Of a stretch of DNA of 64,000 nucleotides, positions 11,111 through 19,680 are shown piece after piece; positions within the stretch are counted from its first letter, which is position 1; each line of letters starts with the position of its first letter. The DNA is from an uncultured Armatimonadetes bacterium (lineage in GTDB: Bacteria > Armatimonadota > UBA5829 > DTJY01). Location: positions 2,560,001 to 2,624,000 of the forward strand of contig OY970325.1 in NCBI GenBank assembly GCA_963717145.1. Reading direction: 5' to 3'. The notes under the pieces were generated by a model. That model saw only the letters and a list, made by a program, of their open reading frames with translations. It made no database searches and was not told where the DNA came from. Both the position numbers and the translations under genes were made by a program.

Positions 11111-12130
11111 ATGCGTAAGACCAGACTGCTGACTCTCGCCGTCATCGTCCTGCTCGCCCTGAGTGCTTTGGCGAGCGCGTCTGTCCCGCCGATGATCAAC
11201 TACCAGGGCAAGCTGATGAAACCCGATGGCACACCGGTGGCCGATGGCACGTACAGCATTACCTTCACAATCTACGACGCCGAAACGGGCGGGAACATCC
11301 GCTGGTCTGAACCCAATGTCTCGGTTCAGGCCAAGGGCGGCCTGTTTGCCGTGCTATTGGGTGGCAATGGCACCAATCTACCCGCGAACATTTTTGAAGG
11401 CCCGGATCGCTGGTTCGGAATACAGGTAAATGACGACCCCGAGATGATTCCGAGACAGAGAATAGCCAGTGTTGCATATGCTCAGGTGGCTGAAATCGTC
11501 CCTGATGGCTCGATCACTGCGGAGAAGCTAGCGAATCAAAGCATTACCGCGGAGAAGCTTGTTCCCGGTGCTGCCACCCCTACCGGCACGATCTCGATGT
11601 TTGCCGGGGCAACTCCTCCGGCCGGCTGGCTGATCTGCAATGGCGCGCCAGTGTCGAGAGCGGAATATGCCGGCCTGTTTGCTGTGATTGGCACGACCTA
11701 TGGTGCTGGTGATGGTTCTACAGCTTTCAACCTGCCGAATCTGCAGGGTAGGTTCCCGCTTGGCAAGAGCCCCACGCAGCCGCTTGGCACGCTGGGTGGC
11801 ACTGCTACCATCAGTCTTCAGCACACCCATGCGACACTGGATCACATGCTAACATGGAATGAGATGCCAGCTCACAATCACGGGGTGAATGATCCCGGGC
11901 ATGCACACCCGATTGGTGCCATGGGCAACAAGAATTTCACGGGTACTGGCTACAATCCTCTCGTTACTGACAATAAACAGGATTGGACCGGAGGGGCTGT
12001 GACCGGCATTAGCATTCAGAACGCTGGCGCGAACTGGGGACACAATCACGGCAGCACCGGCAACGGTCTGTCCACTTCTCAGGACATAACGAATCCCTAC
12101 GTTGCCGTCAACTACATCATAAGAATTTAG
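11111..12130 (+). CDS. secreted fibre-like protein 1: signal peptide + INYQG domain + phage tail collar domain
   Basis: AGGAGG RBS; hydrophobic leader ending ASA; VPPMINYQGKL; PTGTISMFAG...GWLICNG...VSRAEYAGLFAVIGTTYG.GDGSTAFNLPNLQGRF; His-x-His repeats; PYVAVNYIIR end. Confidence 0.85.
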   Translation: MRKTRLLTLAVIVLLALSALASASVPPMINYQGKLMKPDGTPVADGTYSITFTIYDAETGGNIRWSEPNVSVQAKGGLFAVLLGGNGTNLPANIFEGPDRWFGIQVNDDPEMIPRQRIASVAYAQVAEIVPDGSITAEKLANQSITAEKLVPGAATPTGTISMFAGATPPAGWLICNGAPVSRAEYAGLFAVIGTTYGAGDGSTAFNLPNLQGRFPLGKSPTQPLGTLGGTATISLQHTHATLDHMLTWNEMPAHNHGVNDPGHAHPIGAMGNKNFTGTGYNPLVTDNKQDWTGGAVTGISIQNAGANWGHNHGSTGNGLSTSQDITNPYVAVNYIIRI

Positions 12131-12148
12131 CTAGGCTGGAGGAGCGAT

Positions 12149-13000
12149 ATGCTGAACATGAAGATTACACTGGTTACTGTTTTGGCATTGCTTGCGAGCA
12201 TTGCTGTCACGACGGCCGCAGTGCCACCGATGATCAACTATCAGGGCAAGCTGATGCAGCCGTCCGGTGTTCCCGTACCGGACGGAGAGTACAAGATGAC
12301 GTTTGCCATCTACGGGCAACCGGCCGGCAGCACGGCGCTCTGGTCGGAGGTGAATGAGCATGTCCAGATCAAGGGCGGATTGTACAGTGTCCTGCTCGGC
12401 AGTGTGATCAACCTACCTGCGAACATCTTCGATTCCTCCGACCGCTTCTTCGGCGTCAAGATCGGAGACGATCCCGAGATGACTCCGAGGCAGCAAGTCG
12501 CCTCGACTGCCTTTGCATTCCGGGCTGCATCCAGCCAGACGGTGGACGATGGAGCAGTAACGACGGCCAAGATCGCCCCCGGAGCGGTGACTGCGGATAG
12601 GCTCGCCCTGGGAGTAGCGATTCCGCCAGGAACGATCCTAATGTGGTCCGGTGCCGTAGACCAGGTTCCGCACGGCTGGGCGCTGTGCAATGGGACAGGT
12701 GGTACTCCTGATCTCAGAGACAGGTTCATCGTCGGGGCAGGAAACGAATACCTGCTGGGTGCTATCGGTGGTGAGAAGTTCCATCAATTGACGGTGGCTG
12801 AGATGGCAAGACACGCTCATTGGGAGCTGGCTTCCACTGTGAGCGGCTATGGGGGGGGTGATGGCACAGTCTCTGGTGCAGGCTTTGATTCTGGTAGCCA
12901 TTGGGCTGGTTATTCCACTGATAGTACTGGGGGCGACCAACCGCACGAGAACCGTCCGCCATACTACGCGCTCTGCTTCATCATGAAGCTGGGCTATTGA
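12149..13000 (+). CDS. secreted fibre-like protein 2: signal peptide + INYQG domain + short collar-like domain
   Basis: paralogous N-terminus VPPMINYQGKL; IPPGTILMWSG...GWALCNG..GTPDLRDRFIVGAG; HENRPPYYALCFIMK end. Confidence 0.85.
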   Translation: MLNMKITLVTVLALLASIAVTTAAVPPMINYQGKLMQPSGVPVPDGEYKMTFAIYGQPAGSTALWSEVNEHVQIKGGLYSVLLGSVINLPANIFDSSDRFFGVKIGDDPEMTPRQQVASTAFAFRAASSQTVDDGAVTTAKIAPGAVTADRLALGVAIPPGTILMWSGAVDQVPHGWALCNGTGGTPDLRDRFIVGAGNEYLLGAIGGEKFHQLTVAEMARHAHWELASTVSGYGGGDGTVSGAGFDSGSHWAGYSTDSTGGDQPHENRPPYYALCFIMKLGY

Positions 13001-13012
13001 GGAGAAGAAGTC

Positions 13013-15689
13013 ATGCGATTCCGAGACCGTATCCCAACACTGATCTGCCTCGCACTGATGGCTTCGGTCGCACCGGGGTATGCGGATACCACGTTAGAAG
13101 GTCCGTACTCTGCCAGTGCTGGACTCACGGCCTACACAACTGACACGGGTGGCAGCGTTTACTGGAACCCGAACAACTCGCCAACAGGTCAGTGCGTTTG
13201 GTTCGTCTTGGCCGTCAGGTCGGATTCCAGCAGTTTCCCACACGGTCTCTCTTACGCGAAGCAGCTCTACCCAGACCTTTGTAAGTGCTGGGTGGCACGT
13301 CGGTGGGACTCCAAAAGTCGGCGCAGTAATGTGCTATGGTTCCGCATACTCCAGTTCGGGCCATGTGGCCATTGTCACGGGCATCAATGGAGACGGCACC
13401 ATAAACGTTTGGGATTCAAACGTCATGGGCGACCTCAAAGTCCGTAAGCGTCGAGTAACAAATTTCACTGCTTGCAGGGGTACGTATACGCAAAGAACTC
13501 AGATACACCTCCAATATTGCAGGATCAGGATACCCAGTGCCCCTCCATATCTTTGACGCCAGACCGACACTGGTGGCTGGTATACGTCGCCCCAGTCCGT
13601 CTGCTGGAGCGCATCCGATCCGTGCGGTATCGCGCACACGAAAGTGTGGTGGGACGGCAATGCGGCCTCGGATGTTGGATCGAGCGGTTGCTGGTCGATG
13701 CCGGAGGGAATCCACGTTTTCAACGCACACGCGGCAGACAATTGCGGAAATGACTCAGGGTGCAGTGTGGCCAGGACATACCGGCTCGATACCCGTGATC
13801 CATCGATTGATCGCACTGGACCCAATACGGACCAGTGGTACGTCAGCCCTCAGAATGTATGCTGGCAGATCACCGATGCTGTGTCCGGTCTATCTGCCGC
13901 TCACGTGTGGTGGGAGGGCGGCTCCGATGTCTCAACCTCAGCACAGGGATGCACACCGCTACTGGAGGGCAGACGTCTACTGCACATCTGGGGACAGGAT
14001 GCCGCCGGGCGGACGAAGGAGATAACAGGCTGGTTCCAACTGGATGCAACACGTCCATCCATCACTGTCTCTGGTCCTGTTGTCTCAGCTTGGCTCAACA
14101 CCCCGCAGTCCGTCAGCTGGAACGCGACGGACGTAACATCCGGCATCGCCACGAAGACCCTGACTTGGGATAACGGTGCTTCTACCGGAACATCGCCCGT
14201 CCAGATACCCGAGGGCAGGCACACGGCGACGGTATCAGCGACTGACGCCGCAGGGAACTCCGCTTCCCAGAGCTTCGGTCCCTGGTGGATCGATACCGTC
14301 GCTCCATCGGTTGCCGTCACGATGAACCCGGCGGGACCGAACGGGGACAACGGATGGTACACCGTCGAGCCGATGATGTCTGTCTCGGCGACCGATCCGA
14401 ACGGCGCGGACGGCTCGGGGGTCGATGACCTCTTCTATATCATCAATGGCAGGGAGTATCCATACACCGGCCCCGTGACGATCATCGGTGACGGAGTCCA
14501 TCCGTGCGCAGGCAGAGCGACCGATGTTGCCGGGAATTCCGACCAGTCGGGCATCGAGGTCAATATCGACACCACCGCCCCGATGTTCGGCTCCATAGCA
14601 ACCGACACGGTATCCATGAGCCTGACCACGCTCTCTGCCTCGTGGGTGTGCAGTGAACCCACGTCCGGAATCGCCGCGTATGAGTACTCGCTCTACCACG
14701 TTGTTGGGAATTCCCATGAACTCGTGCGCGGTCTGTGTATCACCGATCAGGCCTGGGCACATGAGACGAACCTTGGACTCACGAGCGGTCAGTTCTACTT
14801 CTTCCGCGTCCGTGCGGTGAACAACGCCGGGTTATGGAGCGATTACATGGACTCCGATCCAATCCTCGCGCTCGAAGGCACGAGAGATGTCTCGCCTTCG
14901 TTCAACTCGGGTGGAGTGAGCGTTCCTGAGGAGGCCCGGAGCTCCACCAACTACAAGCTGGTCGATTCCATCGGCCTGTTCGTGGTGAACTCCTCATCGA
15001 GCCCGAACTACATGATAGAACACGGCTACTGGCACTCGGATGTGGCAGTGATAGATGCTACCTCAGTCCATGATGCCAAGTGCATGAACAACGGCATCGA
15101 CGTCACCCTGGGTCTGTCCGGGAGTCCGGTCGTCGTGACCTATCCCCTCGTCTTTGGGAACAGGTTCTACGTGCAGCAGCCGGATAGATCGAGCGGGATT
15201 GCTGTGGAGATTGCGTCGAACCCATCTACGATTCCGATGGGTGGTGACCGAGTACGCATCAGTGGCAGGCTCGGAGTCAGTGACGGCGAGCGCGTGATAC
15301 GCAATGCCGCAGTGACCTTGATCTCGCACGGGGACCTGCCCGGTGCGCTCTTCGTCAGCAACCGCTGGCTCGGCGGGCGTGACCTGAATGAGTGGACTCC
15401 CGGCGTGAGCGGGGTGTTCGGCCTGCACAACATCGGGCTGCTCATCAAGACCAGCGGCAAGATCGGCCAGGTCGATCCCGGCGGAGCATACTTCTATATC
15501 GACGACGGCTCGAACTTGCAGGATCGCACGATGACCGGTAGCCTAACCAACATCGGCGTGAGAGTCCTCGGCGACGGAAGGGGATACGGACCCGACACGT
15601 TCGTGACGGTCACCGGGATCAGTTCGTGCTTCAGCGATGGCGGTTCGGTCAAGAGGCTGATCCGGCCCGTGACTATCGAAGAGCTATAG
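13013..15689 (+). CDS. large secreted protein: CHAP domain + Ig-like repeats + FN3-like + C-terminal domain; three frameshifts (~13280, ~13470, ~13560)
   Basis: signal peptide; GQCVWF (frame 1) joins PKVGAVM...[21 protein letters not shown] (frame 2), LQGYVY (frame 3), then [14 protein letters not shown] in frame with ORF 13644-15689; repeated ATD.AGN...IDT.AP units. Confidence 0.72.
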
Positions 15690-17246
15690 ACCGGCATGCA
15701 GCGATTGCCTCGAGAGCCGTTCGGACCTGGGCGGCCTGGCGGTCGCGCTTGCTTCGGATGCGCTGCTCGGGCTTCGGGAGGATGCCGAAGTTCGCGTTCA
15801 TCGGCTGGAAGTCGGTGGTCTGCGGGGACGAAATGTAGTCCGCGAGCGCGCCGATCATCGTCTCGCGCGGGAAGACGACCGGCTCCTCGCCGCTGACTAG
15901 ACGCGCCGCATTGATCCCGGCGACGATCCCCATCGCCGCCGATTCCACGTATCCCTCAACGCCCGTGATCTGGCCGGCGAAAAAGAGGGTGTTGGGTGTG
16001 GGGTGTTGGGTGTTGGGGGAACCGAACCCTCACCCCGACCCTCTCCCTCAGAGGGAGAGGGGGCTCTCATCCGCATCGTCGGCAGGAGGAGCTTCGGCGA
16101 CTCGATGTAGGTGTTACGATGCATGACCCCGTACCGCACGAACTCCGCGCGCTCGAGGCCGGGGATCATGCGGAAAACGCGCTCCTGCTCGCCCCACTTA
16201 AGCCGTGTCTGGAATCCGACGAGCCCCCACAGAGTGCCCTCCCGGTTCTCCTGTCGAAGCTGGACGACGGCGTATGGGCGCTTCGCCGTATGACCCTCAC
16301 CCCAACCCTCTCCCTCAGAGGGCGAGGGGGTACGTTGGTTGGCTGCAGAGGGAGAGGCAGCATGTGCCCGATCCTCCCCTTGCCCCCTCAAGCGTTGGGG
16401 ATGGAGTTGGACTCCATCGCCCGCCGAACATGAGGGGATGGAGTCCAACTCCATCCCCAACGCTTGAGGGGGACTCTCCGGCAGATCGAGACCCACAGGT
16501 TTCAGCGGACCGAATGCGAGCGTCTGGCGTCCCCTCGATGCGATCTCCTCGACCGGCATGCATCCCTCGAAGAGCTGGAGCGGCTCGACGGCGCTCGTCG
16601 GCATTCGTTCGGCTGCCATCAAGGCATCGTAGAACGCGTTGTACTGGTCCTCCGTCATCGGGCAGTTGAGGTAGTCGGCGTCACCCTTTCCATACCGCGA
16701 GGCGCGGAATGCGATGCCGCAGTCGATCGAGTCCGCGGTGATGGTCGGCGCGACGGCATCGTAGAAATAGAGGTAGTCCCGCCCGGTGAGCCGAGCGATC
16801 TCCCGGGCAAGAGCATCGGAGGTCAGCGGCCCGGATGCGATGATGACGACCCCTTCGGACGGAAGCTCAGTCACCTCCCCGCGGATGATCTCCACGTTCG
16901 GCAGCGATGAGAGCCGCTCGGTCACGCATTCGGCGTATCGCTCCCCATCGACCGCCAGCGCCTGACCCGCTGGTAGCCGGTGTTCCTCGGCACACTCGAT
17001 CACGAGCGAGCCGAGGATGCGCATCTCCGCCTTGAGGAGTCCGGAAGCGCTGGTGAGGAGATCGGACTTCAGCGAGTTGCTGCACACGAGTTCGGCGAGG
17101 AGGCCCGTGCGGTGCACGGGCGTCTGCTTCGTCGGGCGCATCTCATAGAGTCGCACGGACATGCCGGATCGGGCCGCATGCCAGGCAGCCTCGACTCCTG
17201 CCAATCCGCATCCGATGATCGAGATGGCCGATGGACGATGGTTCAT
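15673..17246 (-). CDS. trmFO: tRNA (uracil-54)-methyltransferase TrmFO with repeat insertions and a frameshift near 16000
   Basis: [85 protein letters not shown] continues in another frame to stop 15673. Confidence 0.9.
15988..16062. repeat. tandem TGTTGGG-type heptamers plus CCCTCACCCCGACCCTCTCCC...GGGAGAGGG element inside trmFO
   Basis: four heptamer units followed by the hairpin element; related element at ~16295-16330. Confidence 0.8.
16383..16472. repeat. 36-bp perfect inverted repeat inside trmFO
   Basis: CCCCCTCAAGCGTTGGGGATGGAGTTGGACTCCATC (16383-16418) and its reverse complement (16437-16472). Confidence 0.9.
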
Positions 17247-17281
17247 GATGCAGCATTGTACCGCAATCAGGTACATGCACA

Positions 17282-17313
17282 CAAAGGGCCCCGGGGTAGC
17301 CCGGGGCCCTTTG
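17282..17313 (-). terminator. intrinsic terminator-like hairpin after the PEP-CTERM genes
   Basis: CAAAGGGCCCCGGG-gtag-CCCGGGGCCCTTTG. Confidence 0.7.
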
Positions 17314-17335
17314 CGCGAAGATGCCCGATCGGGGA

Positions 17336-17947
17336 CTATGCAGAGCGCCTCAACCGGCGGGCGGCGCCGGCGAGGGGGAAGATCCCCAGCGCCAAGCCCA
17401 GGAGGCTGGACGGCTCAGGGACAGGCGGAGTGGGAATACTCTGAGTAGTAATGGTGAACTTGACGCCGCAGTTGTAGTAGTGGCAGTCCGGGTCGAAGCC
17501 GAGTCCGACCACACCGTTGTTCCCGATGTACGAGGTCAGGGTGTCGAGCATACCGGGCTTGTTGCTCAGGTTGAAAGTCAGGTCCTCTTCCCAGGTATTG
17601 GTGTCAGACCAATCAGCGATGAGCGGATTGCCTGCCCAATTGTCTCCACCGTGCTCATTGTCGCTCCAGCGCTTGACGCCGGTCTGTGGGCTGTCGAGCA
17701 GATGGATGTACAGATGATCGTTCGACTCCTTGGTCCAATCGTCGATATTGTCGATGAACAGGGTGGCTTCCGTGATGCACTCACCGGCCGGGATGCTCCA
17801 GCGGATCCCCCAGGAGTAGTAGTACCCGTGATCCAGGTCCCAAAGGTCAGCATCGCTCGGCACGAACTGATACTGGGCGGCGGATGCCGGAAGTACCAGC
17901 GTGAGAAGCGCAAGGGCGGCCAAGACTGTGATGATTGCTTTCGACAT
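17336..17947 (-). CDS. PEP-CTERM sorting domain protein 1
   Basis: signal peptide; DLWDLDH...GLGFDPDCHYYNCG core; VPEPSSLLGLALG + TM + RRLRR. Confidence 0.9.
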   Translation of the reverse strand: MSKAIITVLAALALLTLVLPASAAQYQFVPSDADLWDLDHGYYYSWGIRWSIPAGECITEATLFIDNIDDWTKESNDHLYIHLLDSPQTGVKRWSDNEHGGDNWAGNPLIADWSDTNTWEEDLTFNLSNKPGMLDTLTSYIGNNGVVGLGFDPDCHYYNCGVKFTITTQSIPTPPVPEPSSLLGLALGIFPLAGAARRLRRSA

Positions 17948-18028
17948 TTCCTTCTCCTTTTGCATGTATGGATGCCGGCGCTCGCCCTGTTGCCGGGTCG
18001 AGCGTCCGATCTCGTCTGTGTGCGGTCG

Positions 18029-18679
18029 CTAGGCCCTGCGCCTTCTCACGGCCAGGGTTGTCAGCGAGGTCAGGCCGAAGGCCAGTGTGAGGAGGCTGGC
18101 CGGCTCCGGGACAGGCGGGTACTCAGGGTCGTCATCGACGGCGCACCTGTCGTGCCATGTCTGGCCATAGACCGGGTTGGTAACAGCAGTCCACTTCTTC
18201 GAACCGTCGAGCGATCCACTCCCCGGCTCGACTTGCGCCACGTGTGACAGGAAGCCGAGAGCGTCGGACCCGTCGTCGCGCTGATTGGCTATCGGAGCGA
18301 CCGGGTTGAAGGTGTACGTGAAGACTACAGACTGCCCCGGAGCAATCGCAGGGGGTGTGTAGTACTTCTGGTTGCTCGCCTCGATCTCGAAGGTCTCCCA
18401 GCCGTGGGATGTCCATTCCCAGCCCACCGGCGCCGTCCAGGAGATCGGCGCAGGCACGTTGAACGGTTGAAGCGTCCAAATGATGGCAAGTGGCGTGCCC
18501 GGGCTGTCGCTCCCATTGGTCAACGTCCAGGTGTATGTGTTCGTATCGGTATCCAGCATCGACTCCACGATCGTGATGCCGCTGGTCTTGGCGGACGACC
18601 AGGACTGGGCGACTGCGGGCAGTGCGAGAACCGCCATCAGCAAAACAACTACGGTGAGGACGGTTGCATTCCTAAGCAT
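18029..18679 (-). CDS. PEP-CTERM sorting domain protein 2
   Basis: signal peptide; VPEPASLLTLAFGL + TM + RRRRA. Confidence 0.9.
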   Translation of the reverse strand: MLRNATVLTVVVLLMAVLALPAVAQSWSSAKTSGITIVESMLDTDTNTYTWTLTNGSDSPGTPLAIIWTLQPFNVPAPISWTAPVGWEWTSHGWETFEIEASNQKYYTPPAIAPGQSVVFTYTFNPVAPIANQRDDGSDALGFLSHVAQVEPGSGSLDGSKKWTAVTNPVYGQTWHDRCAVDDDPEYPPVPEPASLLTLAFGLTSLTTLAVRRRRA

Positions 18680-19254
18680 TTCAATTCCCCTTTCCAATAT
18701 GGCCCTCCGTGGCCATGCAGATCATTGTCGACGCGGAGATACTTGCGGCGAATGGAGGATACCATTCTGGAGACCGCCTGCCTCGATATGCACAGGAGCG
18801 CAGGCAGATCGCGCTGTTCGTAGCCCTGTCTCATCAGCTCGTAGCATCTGTGCTCGCCCGGGCTGAGCATCGATTCCATGCGCTCGATATTGTCCCGAAG
18901 GATCAGGTGCTCGCATGGGTCACAGTGCTGATCGAGCTGATCAGCGCGGAGATCTCCGAGTGAGGTCTCCCACTCATAGCCGGTAAGCTCTCGCATACCG
19001 ATCGAACGGGAGCGGTCTATCCAAAGGTTGCGGATGGTATGGCGAAGGAACTGTTTCGGGAACTGGATGTCGTTCTCGTAACGGAGTACGGCGAGCAAGG
19101 CCTCTGATGCGAGGTCTTGCTGATCGTTATAGTCCGCCGAAAACTCCCGTGCACAGACGACAGCCAACATGAACAGTTCCTTAGCACGGAGGGAATCGTC
19201 GGGCCACTCGAGTCTGGGTGACACAGGAAGTCCTGTGGAGGTGTGGACCAACAT
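18649..19254 (-). CDS. small sigma70-family (ECF/group-5-like) sigma factor A
   Basis: sigma2-like QDLASEALLAVL...FLRHTIRNLWID; sigma4-like LSPGEHRCYELMRQGYEQRDLPALLCISRQAVSRMVSSIRRKY. Confidence 0.72.
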   Translation of the reverse strand: MLVHTSTGLPVSPRLEWPDDSLRAKELFMLAVVCAREFSADYNDQQDLASEALLAVLRYENDIQFPKQFLRHTIRNLWIDRSRSIGMRELTGYEWETSLGDLRADQLDQHCDPCEHLILRDNIERMESMLSPGEHRCYELMRQGYEQRDLPALLCISRQAVSRMVSSIRRKYLRVDNDLHGHGGPYWKGELKCLGMQPSSP

Positions 19255-19342
19255 TTTTCATCTTTCCTTCGATAGACGCCCCCGCCTTATGGCGAGTGAC
19301 TTTAGCTGCTGGGGCAAATCTTTGTCTGCCCCTTCAGGTGGA

Positions 19343-19453
19343 TAGACAAGCGAGGGGACCAAATGTCAACCAAAAAAGTTCAGAAATCGCGCCGGAGGGC
19401 AATCTTTCGGTTTTCGACATTTCTGGTTGACATTCCGGGAGTTCAAACGTCTA
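19343..19453. promoter_or_regulatory. back-to-back putative alternative-sigma promoters GGTTGACATT-N13-YGTCTA
   Basis: minus: 19371-19362 then TGTCTA 19348-19343; plus: 19425-19434 then CGTCTA 19448-19453; identical spacing. Confidence 0.7.
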
Positions 19454-19497
19454 CACAGTGGTAGCCGATTCGGCTGCGATGAAGTTGTCCATGGTAG

Positions 19498-19680
19498 ATG
19501 AAAATGTGGGTAGTTCTGTGGAAAGATAGCAGATCCGGAAGATCCGGCGCGCTCAAGTGTCCGGGCAAGCAGACTTGGAAGGACGCCGAAGGTCATGCCA
19601 GAGCGCTCAAAGCTCTGTTCCCTGAGCGCAGATTCCAGGTCGGTTGGGTGCAACTCGCGTCTCGGAGCACACTACAGTAG
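19498..19680 (+). CDS. 60-aa basic, Trp-rich hypothetical protein
   Basis: ORF starts 45 nt after the plus-strand promoter-like motif and fills the gap between the two sigma genes; weak RBS. Confidence 0.45.
   Translation: MKMWVVLWKDSRSGRSGALKCPGKQTWKDAEGHARALKALFPERRFQVGWVQLASRSTLQ

Noticed and set aside
11111-13000. Prophage or tailocin
   Set aside because: No other phage structural, packaging or lysis-cassette genes, and both proteins have signal peptides
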